From an uncultured Pseudomonadota bacterium (GTDB lineage Bacteria; Pseudomonadota; Alphaproteobacteria; Rs-D84): a stretch of DNA of 64,000 nucleotides. Both the position numbers and the translations under genes were made by a program. The stretch spans positions 38,215-102,214 of the forward strand of contig CADCAA010000003.1 in NCBI GenBank assembly GCA_902799285.1, read 5' to 3'. Position 1 is the first letter of the stretch. Each line of letters begins with the position of its first letter. Shown one piece after another: positions 31,617 to 40,968 of this stretch. The notes below the pieces were generated by a model. The model made no database searches. It had not been told where the DNA came from and worked only from the letters and a program-made list of their open reading frames with translations.

Positions 31617-31713
31617 TTTCATATGAAACAAATAATAATTTACTGAATTTACATAATTTTGTTAAAAAAAGCCGGTGTTTGCCGGCAATTTTTTTTGCGG
31701 GTTTCATATGAAA
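31617..31713. promoter_or_regulatory. Two parS-like palindromes TTTCATATGAAA (31617-31628 and 31702-31713) upstream of parA
   Basis: Resembles the parS consensus TGTTTCACGTGAAACA, but with a CATATG core. There are two copies 85 bp apart, and an rsmG terminator hairpin (31671-31685 + T8) lies between them. Confidence 0.3.
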
Positions 31714-31825
31714 TAAAAAATAATATTATGATTTTACTATATTTTTATGTTGAAAATTTTATATACTTGACCGAATCGAAAAAAATCCCCATCATCTGAA
31801 ATGAAAAAAAGGAAGTGAATAAGTT

Positions 31826-32599
31826 ATGACCAGGATAATAGCGTTTGCAAATCAAAAAGGCGGTGTTGGAAAAACCACAACTGCAATAAATATCGGGGCT
31901 TCGTTGGCCGCTATTAATAAAAAGGTGTTGTTAATTGACCTGGATCAACAGGGAAATGCCGGTACGGGGCTTGGTTTTGTGCGTGCCGAACACCCACAAA
32001 GCGTCTATGGTGTAATTATGGGAACCGATAATATTGCCGATAATATTTTGACAACGGCCGTCCCAAATTTGCACCTTTTGCCGTCGGGCATAGAACTCGC
32101 CGGGGCCGAGGTTGACTTGCTGGATGTCGAAAATCGCGAGTTTCGTTTGCGTGATGCATTGCAGCCTATTTTGGGTTATTACGATTTTATATTACTGGAT
32201 TGTCCGCCGGCATTGGGGCATTTGACTATAAATGCATTAAATGCCGCTGACAGTGTTATAATCCCATTACAGTGCGAATTTTTCGCACTCGAGGGTATTC
32301 GTCAATTGGTCAGTACTATCAACATAGTACAACAAAAATGGAATCCTGGGTTAAAGATTTTGGGTGTGTTATTGACCATGTATGATAAACGTTATTCTGT
32401 GACGCGCGATGTTGAAAACGATGTCCGTAATACATTTGGTGATACGGTGTTCAAAACCGTTATTCCGCGTAATGTTAGGGTGTCCGAGGCACCCAGTCAC
32501 GGCAAACCGGCGTTGTTTTACGACTTTAATTCAACCGGGGCGCAAGGTTATTTGCGTGTCGCAACCGAAATAGTTAATAAGTTAGAGCAGGGGGACTAA
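31826..32599 (+). CDS. parA: Chromosome partitioning ATPase ParA
   Basis: Deviant Walker A KGGVGKTT and ParA family features. Confidence 0.9.
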   Translation: MTRIIAFANQKGGVGKTTTAINIGASLAAINKKVLLIDLDQQGNAGTGLGFVRAEHPQSVYGVIMGTDNIADNILTTAVPNLHLLPSGIELAGAEVDLLDVENREFRLRDALQPILGYYDFILLDCPPALGHLTINALNAADSVIIPLQCEFFALEGIRQLVSTINIVQQKWNPGLKILGVLLTMYDKRYSVTRDVENDVRNTFGDTVFKTVIPRNVRVSEAPSHGKPALFYDFNSTGAQGYLRVATEIVNKLEQGD

Positions 32600-32602
32600 A
32601 AA

Positions 32603-33481
32603 ATGGCATCAAAATTTGGTTTGGGACGTGGTTTGGCCGATATCCAGGCGGGTATGGGCGCGATTCCTGATATTTCAATTTTAACCGGCGGCGACCGCGT
32701 TGTTATTAAACAAATACCATTGGCGCAAATCGGTGCCAACCCTGACCAGCCGCGCAAAACATTTCGCGAATCTGAATTGCAAGATTTGGCCGCATCCATA
32801 CGGGAAAAGGGTGTCCTGCAACCGATTTTATTGCGTGCCGTCGCGGGGCGACCATATAACTATGAAATTGTGGCGGGCGAGCGTCGTTTTCGTGCGTCAA
32901 AAATGGCGGGATTAACCGAAATTCCGGCGGTTGTTAAAAAATTGGATGATAATAACGCGATGGAAATCGCACTGATTGAAAACGTCCAACGCGAAAATTT
33001 GGACCCAGTAGAGGAGGCTGCCGCCTATAAAAACCTGATAGAAAAATGCAATTATGATATGGCGGATGTATCGCGTTTAATCGGCAAATCTGACAGTTAT
33101 ATTCGTAATTCAATGCGTTTATTGGATTTGCCGGAATCAGTGCGCCAAATGGTTATAAATGGCGAAATTTCCGCATCCCATGCGCGTACAATTGCGGTCG
33201 CGGAAAACCCCGAAAAGTTGGCGCGCGAAATTGTTGCAAAAAAAATGTCTGTGGCGGATGCTGGTACATTGGTAAAAAATACAAAAAGAGCCGGTAAATG
33301 CCGGCAAATTTCGAACAAGACAATTGCCACAAATGACATAAAACGTATGGAAAATGACATTAAAAAATCATTGGGTGTGCCGGCAAAAATAGTCGAACGC
33401 CGTGGCGGGGCAGGGCAAATCACATTAAAATTCACCAACCGGCTGGAAATGAATGACCTAATCGCGAAACTGACCAAATAA
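32603..33481 (+). CDS. parB: Chromosome partitioning protein ParB
   Basis: ParB box GERRFRA, a helix-turn-helix and a C-terminal dimerisation region. Confidence 0.9.
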   Translation: MASKFGLGRGLADIQAGMGAIPDISILTGGDRVVIKQIPLAQIGANPDQPRKTFRESELQDLAASIREKGVLQPILLRAVAGRPYNYEIVAGERRFRASKMAGLTEIPAVVKKLDDNNAMEIALIENVQRENLDPVEEAAAYKNLIEKCNYDMADVSRLIGKSDSYIRNSMRLLDLPESVRQMVINGEISASHARTIAVAENPEKLAREIVAKKMSVADAGTLVKNTKRAGKCRQISNKTIATNDIKRMENDIKKSLGVPAKIVERRGGAGQITLKFTNRLEMNDLIAKLTK

Positions 33482-33641
33482 TTCCGCCCTCCGGCAAAAA
33501 TTAAATAAAAACAACCGGCAAACCCAAAATCAAAATGTTGAAAAATCACCGGCCTTTACCGGCCTTTTTGTGTGTAAATAATCTTTCATCAATTGAATTT
33601 TGAACTTCCGTCACCGCGGCGCGCGGATGCCGCGATGGGCT

Positions 33642-33686
33642 GAACTTTGCTTGTCCCACGAAGTTTTAACGAAGTGGGAAACTTTG
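33642..33686. repeat. 45-nt dispersed element, copy A (GAACTTTGCTTGTCCCACGAAGTTTTAACGAAGTGGGAAACTTTG)
   Basis: 42/45 identical to 59160-59204. Contains an imperfect hairpin TCCCAC...GTGGGA. Confidence 0.7.
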
Positions 33687-33693
33687 AAAAAAA

Positions 33694-33718
33694 CACCGGC
33701 AATTGCCGGTGTTTTTTT
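33694..33718. terminator. Bidirectional intrinsic terminator between parB and pal
   Basis: CACCGGCAATTGCCGGTG followed by T7, with an A-run on the other side. Confidence 0.65.
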
Positions 33719-33737
33719 GAATTTTTACAACAAACTA

Positions 33738-34154
33738 TTATTTAACAGTTGTTGTTGCGTTACGGTTCATTTTCCAAACGGCTTCGCCTGTACCTTTTAC
33801 CAAAGGACGTTCTTTACCGTATGAAATCGTAGAAATACGTTTCGCATCGATGCCGTCACGGACTAACACTGATTTAGCAGCGTTTGCACGACGTGCGCCC
33901 AATGCCAAGTTGTATTCTGTGGAACCGCGTTCGTCGCAATTACCAGCAATTTGGATTTTAACATCTTCGTGATTTTTCATATACAAAGATTGACCCAACA
34001 AATTTTCGTTGGCTTCGTCAGAAATTTCCGAAGAATTAAATGCGAAGAAAACGCGTTGATTATTCAAGTCAGCTGGTTCAACGACACTGGAACCGCCACA
34101 AGCGGCCAACATGCCAGCAACACCGGCCAACAATGCAAAGTTTTTTACTTTCAT
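33738..34154 (-). CDS. pal: Peptidoglycan-associated lipoprotein Pal (OmpA-like domain)
   Basis: Lipobox LAACGG and an OmpA-like peptidoglycan-binding motif (NLALGARRANA). Confidence 0.85.
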   Translation of the reverse strand: MKVKNFALLAGVAGMLAACGGSSVVEPADLNNQRVFFAFNSSEISDEANENLLGQSLYMKNHEDVKIQIAGNCDERGSTEYNLALGARRANAAKSVLVRDGIDAKRISTISYGKERPLVKGTGEAVWKMNRNATTTVK

Positions 34155-34234
34155 GAAAATACTCCCTTGAGTTTTTGTTACTCGTAGTATATTTTATACT
34201 AAAACAAGTGTAAAAGCAAGGGGAATCATAAGAA

Positions 34235-35011
34235 ATGAATGATTGCAGCATCCGTGATTTAGATTTGGCCGGCGTTCAATGGGAATTGTCCGACGTACCG
34301 ATGGTGACGCGCGCAAAGTGGAATGCAAATAGCACCGCGACCAATGCTGTGCCCATGAATAACACGCAAACACCGGGAAATGCGCCACGTGTAATGGTTG
34401 TGCCACCAATTGCACCAATTGAAAGTGTCGGTGTTGATACGGCAATATCGATGGCCGCACGCCCGACAGATATTGATAATTTGATTCGTATGATTGGGGA
34501 ATTTAATCATCCTTTGCGCAGTGCGGCGACCCAGACTGTTTTTCCAAATATCGCCAAAAATCCAAACGGCTTGGTGATTATTACCGATGTCCCTGGGTCC
34601 GACGATGACGCATCTGGTCAAATTTTATCGGGCAGGGCGGGCGAATTATTGGATAAAATGCTGAACGCGATTGATATGTCGCGCGATACTGTGTCGATTG
34701 TGCCGATTATATTTTGGCGCACACCCGGCGGCCGTACGCCAACGGCGAATGAATTAGCTTTGTCGCGCCCATTTGTGAACAGGTTGCTGGAATTTTTATC
34801 GCCAAAAATGATTTTAACACTTGGCGCGACCCCCGCATCAGAAATCGCGAATATCGCGCTGACGCACGCGCATGGCAAAATATCTAATACACAATCCGGC
34901 ACGCCGGTAATGTCGATTTATCATCCAAATTATTTGTTGTTAAAGCCATCGGCCAAACGCGATGTTTGGACGGCTTTACAAGAATTGCAAAATTTGTTGA
35001 AAAACCAATAA
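34235..35011 (+). CDS. Uracil-DNA glycosylase superfamily protein (family 4/5-like, non-canonical motif A)
   Basis: Pattern LVIITDVPGSDDD..G..LSGRAG.LLDKML...VPIIFWRTPGGR...P resembles family-4 UDG, but GEGPG is replaced by TDVPG. Confidence 0.45.
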   Translation: MNDCSIRDLDLAGVQWELSDVPMVTRAKWNANSTATNAVPMNNTQTPGNAPRVMVVPPIAPIESVGVDTAISMAARPTDIDNLIRMIGEFNHPLRSAATQTVFPNIAKNPNGLVIITDVPGSDDDASGQILSGRAGELLDKMLNAIDMSRDTVSIVPIIFWRTPGGRTPTANELALSRPFVNRLLEFLSPKMILTLGATPASEIANIALTHAHGKISNTQSGTPVMSIYHPNYLLLKPSAKRDVWTALQELQNLLKNQ

Positions 35012-35066
35012 ATATATTGAATAATTTATCCCAGGTAATACAAAGGAGCCTAACATTAAACCAAAT

Positions 35067-35609
35067 ATGAATAACCGTGATAATCGGCGCGATAACGGTC
35101 CGCGCATGAACAATCGGATTTTTGCAAAATCTGTCCAGGTAATAAATTTTGATGGCCAAAATATGGGCGTTATGCCAACCGCGGCGGCGTTAGAGTTAGC
35201 ATCAAATGCGGGCATGGACTTGGTCGAAATAAACAGCAATGGCGACACGCCAATTGCGAAAATTATGGACTATGGCAAATATAAATATGAACAGAAAAAA
35301 CGCGCGTCCGAGGCTAAAAAGAACCAAAAAACAACCGGTCTGCGCGATGTATGGGTAAAACCATTTATCGAAGAAAACGATTTAAAAATCAAAATGAAAA
35401 AGGTTTTTGAATTCTTGGATAATGGGGACAAGGTTAAAATTTCCGTAATGACACGCGGTTCGAAACGCGTCCTGGCCCAGGGTCGTGATGCGGTACCGGA
35501 ATTATTCGCACACATTTTGGAAATCATAGGGGAACGCGGCACATTGGAATCAAAATCCAAACCGGACGAACGGACAAAATCAATCGTCGTTGCCCCCGCC
35601 AAGAAATAA
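35067..35609 (+). CDS. infC: Translation initiation factor IF-3
   Basis: VQVINFDGQNMGVM...LVEI and C-domain KISVMTRG...R matches. The true start may be a non-ATG codon. Confidence 0.85.
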   Translation: MNNRDNRRDNGPRMNNRIFAKSVQVINFDGQNMGVMPTAAALELASNAGMDLVEINSNGDTPIAKIMDYGKYKYEQKKRASEAKKNQKTTGLRDVWVKPFIEENDLKIKMKKVFEFLDNGDKVKISVMTRGSKRVLAQGRDAVPELFAHILEIIGERGTLESKSKPDERTKSIVVAPAKK

Positions 35610-35644
35610 AAAAAACACCCATTTGGGTGTTTTTTATCATTATT

Positions 35645-35677
35645 TGAACTTTGAACTCTGAACACTGAACTCTGAAC
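35645..35677. repeat. Heptamer tract TGAACTT-TGAACTC-TGAACAC-TGAACTC-TGAAC
   Basis: Read directly. It is followed by the bidirectional terminator hairpin ATATCGGC-TTAT-GCCGATAT at 35681-35700. Confidence 0.8.
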
Positions 35678-35704
35678 AAAATATCGGCTTATGCCGATAT
35701 TTTG

Positions 35705-36004
35705 TTAAAAGGGAAGTTTCACGCCGGCCGTGGCGTCACTCATCGCTTTATCGATAATAACATCTGCCTTGGCTTTGGCATCACGTATGGCATCACGAAC
35801 GATTTTTGCAAGCATTGCGGCATCATTTTTCATCGCATCATCCGATATAGTCACATCGACAATATCGTATTTACCGGTCATTTCAACAATCACTGCGCCA
35901 TTACCCGCCAAACCTTTGACGGTGGTATTTGCCAAAGAATCCTGGGCGGCACCAACGCGTTCCTGTAAACTTTGCGCCTGGGCCATCATTTCATCAATAT
36001 TCAT
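35705..36004 (-). CDS. ybaB: Nucleoid-associated protein YbaB/EbfC
   Basis: MMAQAQ..Q....Q..L....V.G.AG.G.V.V...G sequence typical of YbaB. Start assigned at MNIDEMM. Confidence 0.8.
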   Translation of the reverse strand: MNIDEMMAQAQSLQERVGAAQDSLANTTVKGLAGNGAVIVEMTGKYDIVDVTISDDAMKNDAAMLAKIVRDAIRDAKAKADVIIDKAMSDATAGVKLPF

Positions 36005-36390
36005 TATTTTGTCCTTTGTTTTTTCATATGTAATAATTGTAATGCATTGTTTGGCACTTTGCATATATTCGCAAACACAGAATCCAGTTCATAATATGGT
36101 ATCAGATTTTTATTCGCAAATTCCGCCACTTCGTTTTTAGACTCAAAAGCCCAATGGTCGTTGATACCGTACAACAGCCATTCACCATCTTGGCGATAAT
36201 AAACAGCGAAATAATAATACGGCTTGGACAGACATGTTAAAAACGTATCCTGTGGTTCCTTTTTTAGGCAACCAAAACGGATGTGCTGTTTTAATCTGTG
36301 TCGATAAATCATGGCCTTGTGCACAGAACAGTTATTCTTTTCAGCCCATTTTGCAGCATTTGTATTCCTGATACGTTTAATTTTCGCCAT
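36004..36390 (-). CDS. Hypothetical small basic protein
   Basis: 128-aa ORF with no family recognised and a possible helix-turn-helix-like N-terminus. Confidence 0.35.
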   Translation of the reverse strand: MAKIKRIRNTNAAKWAEKNNCSVHKAMIYRHRLKQHIRFGCLKKEPQDTFLTCLSKPYYYFAVYYRQDGEWLLYGINDHWAFESKNEVAEFANKNLIPYYELDSVFANICKVPNNALQLLHMKKQRTK

Positions 36391-36412
36391 TATTTTTCCT
36401 TGATTAAATATA

Positions 36413-36772
36413 TTATTTCGTCCGTATCGTCAACATCTGTATCGCCTGGGCCGGCATATTTAATGTTTTTGCCCAATAAGGCGTCAGTTCCATACATGCA
36501 ATAATATTATTCGCATTAACCACAGCGTCCTTTATATCTGCAAAACTATGCTTGTCATCTGATGCCGCTAATTGCAGCCGTTTGGCCCCCGATGGCGCAG
36601 TGTCATAACGATACATCGCAAAAGAATACCGTTGTGTAATTTTATTCCGTTCCACAGCCATCACGAACATATCATCCAACAAAGCCCGGCATTTTTTCAC
36701 TTCGGACACAGGAATTTGCAAATATTCCGCCCAATCTGTATCGTTCCAATCTTGTCTGCTTTTCATATTCAT
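36413..36772 (-). CDS. Hypothetical small protein (possible helix-turn-helix)
   Basis: 119-aa ORF. WAEYLQIPVSEVKKCRALL resembles a DNA-binding helix-turn-helix. Confidence 0.35.
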   Translation of the reverse strand: MNMKSRQDWNDTDWAEYLQIPVSEVKKCRALLDDMFVMAVERNKITQRYSFAMYRYDTAPSGAKRLQLAASDDKHSFADIKDAVVNANNIIACMELTPYWAKTLNMPAQAIQMLTIRTK

Positions 36773-36829
36773 AAATTTACCTTTACAATTTATAAATCAG
36801 GCCCCCAATCGGGGGCCGATTTTATTCAA

Positions 36830-39028
36830 TTATTTGGCATCTTCCTCTTTGCCGGTTTCTTGATTAATACCAACCATTGAAAAGCGCATTTTGCCACGTT
36901 TATCAATGCCAGTATATTTCACATAAACTGTGTCGCCCTCTTTGATGCCCGCATCTTCAATCTTTTTCATGCGTTTGCCATTGATTTCAGAAATATGCAC
37001 CATGGCTTCGAAATTGCTCATAATTTTAACGAACAATCCGAATTCTTTGACACCAGTGACGACGCCTTTGTAAATTTCGCCAACCTCTGGTTCGGCACAG
37101 ATTTCTTTGATGCGTGCAATGGCGGCATCGGCTTCCTCTTTGGTGGTTGCCATAATTTTAACCGTTCCGTCATCTTCCAAATCAATGGTTGTATTTGTTT
37201 CACGAACCAAAGCCTGAATAACGACGCCACCTTTACCGATAACATCGCGAACCTTTTCAGGATTGATTTTGATTTGGTAAACCTGGGGCGCGAATTCAGA
37301 CACTTTTTCACGTGGTGCCGCAATAGCTTTTTCGATTTTACCCAAAATATGCATACGACCGTCTTTCGCCTGGGCCAATGCATGTTTCATAATATCAAAA
37401 GTAATTGATGTAATTTTGATATCCATCTGTAAAGCGGTAATACCATCCTTGGTTCCGGTCACCTTGAAATCCATATCGCCCAGGTGATCTTCGTCGCCCA
37501 AAATATCGGTCAAGATTGCATAATCATCGCCTTCCTTAATCAATCCCATGGCGATACCCGCAACCGGACGAGTAAGAGGCACACCACCATCCATCATGGC
37601 CAACGTCGCACCGCATGTTGTGGCCATAGATGACGACCCATTTGATTCCAAAATATCGGAACAAATGCGAATGACATAGTCAAACTTTTCACGTGTTGGC
37701 ATCATCGGATGCAAAGCACGCCATGCCAAATTACCATGTCCTAATTCACGACGACCCGGAGATTTCAATCCTTTGGCTTCGCCCACAGAATAACCCGGGA
37801 AATTATAGTTCAAAATGAAATCGCGTTCATCGGCCCCGTCCAGGTTTTCAATCGGCAACGCATCTTTGCCACCGCCCAATGTCAACGACACCAAAGCCTG
37901 GGTTTCGCCGCGTGTGAACAACGCAGACCCATGCGCGCGTGGCAAAATGCCCAATTCAATTTCAATTGGACGCACAGTTTTCGTATCACGCCCGTCAATA
38001 CGTGGCTTTCCGGCCAATATATTTCCGCGCATAATTTTCGCAGTTAAATTTTCAACGATTTCATCTGCCCATGATTCCAGTGTGGATGTCGCCGTTGTGG
38101 ATTCTGGGAACAATTCTGGAATACGCGCCTTGGCGGCCGCATGAATATCGGCCAATGTTTCCAAACGATGCAATTTTTCTTTGATTAAAAGCGCATCTGT
38201 AATTTGTTTTTCAAATTGCGCAAAGTCCTTTTCCATCGCAACATATTCTGCGGAATTTTGTGGAATTTCCCAGCGCTCTTTACCGGCATTTGCGACCAAT
38301 TCGTTAATCGCACCAATCACAGCCTGTTGTGCATCGAATCCAAATTTCACGGCACCCAAAGTCGTTTCTTCGTCCAATTCGCCGATTTCAGATTCCACCA
38401 TCAACACGCCGTCTTTGGTGGCCGACACAACCAAATCCATTTCAGATTTAGTATCGACATCGCGTTTAGATGGATTCAAAACATATTCGCCATCAATATA
38501 CCCAACACGCGCCGCACCAATTGGCCCCTGGAAAGGAACGCCGGACAAAGCCAACGCCGCGCTTGACGCAATCATCGCCAAAATATCGGGCTGATTTTTC
38601 TTGTCATACGAAAACACCTGGGCAATAATTTGCACTTTGTTTTTGAATGTATCAGGGAACAAAGGACGAATAGGGCGGTCAATCAAACGCGCAATCAGTG
38701 TCTCGCTCGTTGATGGTTTGCCTTCGCGTCTGTCGCGTGAACCGGGGATACGACCTGCGGACGCGAACTTTTCCTGGTAATCAACAGTCAACGGAAAGAA
38801 ATCCTGACCTTCGACAGCGGACTTTTCTGCGCAAACCGTGGCCAAAACCATTGTCCCACCCATAGTCGCCAAAACCGCGCCATTTGCCTGTTTTGCCATA
38901 CGACCCGTTTCCAAACGCAACGTTTCATCACCATATTTGATTTCCACGGCGATTGGGTGATTCAAAGGATGCGCCGCATCATTTTTGTTATTTTTATTTA
39001 ATAAGCCAAATAACATATTTTTCTCCAT
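36830..39028 (-). CDS. pnp: Polynucleotide phosphorylase
   Basis: Two RNase PH domains, then KH (GKGGVVIQ) and S1 (GEIYKGVVTGVKEFGLFVKI) domains. Confidence 0.95.
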   Translation of the reverse strand: MEKNMLFGLLNKNNKNDAAHPLNHPIAVEIKYGDETLRLETGRMAKQANGAVLATMGGTMVLATVCAEKSAVEGQDFFPLTVDYQEKFASAGRIPGSRDRREGKPSTSETLIARLIDRPIRPLFPDTFKNKVQIIAQVFSYDKKNQPDILAMIASSAALALSGVPFQGPIGAARVGYIDGEYVLNPSKRDVDTKSEMDLVVSATKDGVLMVESEIGELDEETTLGAVKFGFDAQQAVIGAINELVANAGKERWEIPQNSAEYVAMEKDFAQFEKQITDALLIKEKLHRLETLADIHAAAKARIPELFPESTTATSTLESWADEIVENLTAKIMRGNILAGKPRIDGRDTKTVRPIEIELGILPRAHGSALFTRGETQALVSLTLGGGKDALPIENLDGADERDFILNYNFPGYSVGEAKGLKSPGRRELGHGNLAWRALHPMMPTREKFDYVIRICSDILESNGSSSMATTCGATLAMMDGGVPLTRPVAGIAMGLIKEGDDYAILTDILGDEDHLGDMDFKVTGTKDGITALQMDIKITSITFDIMKHALAQAKDGRMHILGKIEKAIAAPREKVSEFAPQVYQIKINPEKVRDVIGKGGVVIQALVRETNTTIDLEDDGTVKIMATTKEEADAAIARIKEICAEPEVGEIYKGVVTGVKEFGLFVKIMSNFEAMVHISEINGKRMKKIEDAGIKEGDTVYVKYTGIDKRGKMRFSMVGINQETGKEEDAK

Positions 39029-39285
39029 TTGTTAAAAGTTAAACTAAGTTTTTTGCGGAGAAAATCATTCGTTTTTACACTCTGGGCGCGGATATGAATA
39101 AAGTGCAAAAATGAATAATTGCCCCCCGCAACCGCCACATTATAAAAACAAAAATCCCCATTTGCAAGTAATTACGCCACGTTCCCCTCTCAAGATGGGA
39201 ACTAAGATGCCAAATTGACCTGGATCCTTCACTGGCGTTCGTAAACTCGCTGGTTCAGGATGACAAAAATGTTGCACTTTGAAAT

Positions 39286-39483
39286 CTCGCTGTAACGAAG
39301 TGAAAGCGGATAAAATCTCGCTGTAGCGTCAGCGCAAGCGGATGAACTCTCGCTGTAGCGTCAGCGCAAGCGGATGAACTCTCGCTGTAGCGTCAGCGCA
39401 AGCGGATGAACTCTGAAATCTCGCTGTAACGAAGTGAAAGCGGATGAAATTTCGCTGTAGCGTCAGCGCAAGCGGATGAACTT
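39286..39483. repeat. Higher-order tandem repeat array of six 31-32-nt units, types A and B, no spacers
   Basis: Units at 39286, 39317, 39349, 39381, 39420 and 39452. B units are CTCGCTGTAGCGTCAGCGCAAGCGGATGAACT and A units are CTCGCTGTAACGAAGTGAAAGCGGAT[A/G]AAAT. Each carries a short hairpin CGCTG-TAGCGT-CAGCG. Confidence 0.85.
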
Positions 39484-39490
39484 TGAAAAA

Positions 39491-39518
39491 CACCGAACTT
39501 TCGTTCGGTGTTTTGTTT
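39491..39518. terminator. Bidirectional terminator (CACCGAAC-TTTC-GTTCGGTG + T-run), probably serving der
   Basis: Perfect 8-bp stem, flanked by A-runs upstream and T-runs downstream. Confidence 0.6.
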
Positions 39519-39555
39519 TGTGACGGATAGATTTTGACTGATATCTTTATCAATA

Positions 39556-40899
39556 TCAATCAAAAGGATTTTCCGACTTTTCATATTCAATAACAATTGG
39601 TAAGTGTTCCCATTTCAACGCCGTTGCAATCCCGCGCCGCAAATACCGCGTATACGATTCCGGTATATCAGACGCGCCACCAACATTTATCAATATCCGC
39701 ATTGGATGACGCCCGATTTGACGCGCAAACTTTATACGCATTGCGCGTTTCAGTCGCGACATTGGTGGCTGCCGCTCGGCAACTAATTTTTCAACAATTC
39801 TGTTCAGCAAACTGGTCGGGACATTTGCCGTTGAAATATCCCACTGTTCATAAATTCGTTTGAACATATTTTGGACGCCGGTCCCCGTTTCTGCGGACAT
39901 CGCCAAAATCATAGGCTTTATAATTTGATGAAAAGAATTTGTAAATTGGTGTTTTAATTTCAGTAATTTTTCATCGCGCAATTCCGGTTCAACCAAATCC
40001 CATTTATTTAATGCAACACATAAAATTTTGCCCGCATCATACACGCGCGCGGCGATGGATAATGCCTGGTTTTCTATATTTTTTGTGGCGTCCACGACCA
40101 AGATTACAACGTCGGATTTATCAATAGAATCCAAAGCCTTTAACGCGGATAATGTTTCCACATCGTCGGTCACGCCCGATTTGCGACGCAGTCCCGCCGT
40201 ATCCATAATTACTATATCCCGACCATAAAACCGCGTTGGGATTTTGACAGTGTCGCGTGTGATGCCCGGGGCATCCATTACTATTTGACGATTTTCGCCC
40301 AATACGCGGTTCACAAACGTCGATTTGCCAACGTTTGGTTGTCCCAATACCGCAATTTTTAAACGCGTGTCAGCGGTCGATTCTGTGGCGTTATCGGTGG
40401 TTTTTATGTTTTTATCGGCGGCAACCCTGTCCAAAAATTCATATATCGCGTCAAAGCCACGCTTGTGTTCCGCCGAAATCATTACCGCATCGCCGCAACC
40501 CAATTTCAAAAATTCATGCAAATCACCCACACGCTTTGCGGATTCAGATTTATTCGCCAACAGCAATATTGGCGCGCGACTTTTACGATGAATCAGTTTT
40601 GCCCATTCGATATCCATTGGGCAAACGCCCGCACGGGAATCCACAACAAATAAAATCGCATCCGCAGATTGAATCGCGTTCACCGCCATATTTGTCGAAT
40701 CCAATGCAATCCCAGATTTGGCATTTTCCAACCCCGCCGTATCATATATTTCATACGGTGTATCACGTATCACGCCACTGATTACGTCACGTGTGACACC
40801 GGGGCGATCGTGCACCAATGCATCGCGTGTCCCAGTCAGCGCGTTAAACAAAGTTGATTTACCTGTATTCGGGCGGCCCGCTATTATAACTTTCATCAT
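39556..40899 (-). CDS. der: Ribosome-associated GTPase Der (EngA), two GTP-binding domains
   Basis: Two G-domain P-loops (GRPNTGKST and GQPNVGKST) and a C-terminal KH-like domain. Confidence 0.9.
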   Translation of the reverse strand: MMKVIIAGRPNTGKSTLFNALTGTRDALVHDRPGVTRDVISGVIRDTPYEIYDTAGLENAKSGIALDSTNMAVNAIQSADAILFVVDSRAGVCPMDIEWAKLIHRKSRAPILLLANKSESAKRVGDLHEFLKLGCGDAVMISAEHKRGFDAIYEFLDRVAADKNIKTTDNATESTADTRLKIAVLGQPNVGKSTFVNRVLGENRQIVMDAPGITRDTVKIPTRFYGRDIVIMDTAGLRRKSGVTDDVETLSALKALDSIDKSDVVILVVDATKNIENQALSIAARVYDAGKILCVALNKWDLVEPELRDEKLLKLKHQFTNSFHQIIKPMILAMSAETGTGVQNMFKRIYEQWDISTANVPTSLLNRIVEKLVAERQPPMSRLKRAMRIKFARQIGRHPMRILINVGGASDIPESYTRYLRRGIATALKWEHLPIVIEYEKSENPFD

Positions 40900-40968
40900 T
40901 GTTTTTTCCGTTGATTTTTTATCATTATAAAGCAAAAATATAAATAAGCAAATAAAGGGAGGCAAAAA

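Noticed and set aside
33600-33824. Small ORFs at 33600-33824 and 59152-59340 sharing the peptide ELCLSHEVLT
   Set aside because: The shared peptide derives from a 45-nt nucleotide repeat. The ORFs have no ribosome-binding site and overlap terminators, so they were treated as non-coding.
39286-39483. Possible CRISPR array, considered because of regular ~32-nt repeats
   Set aside because: The units abut directly with no unique spacers, there are two interleaved unit types, and no cas genes are nearby. It is a tandem repeat array, not CRISPR.
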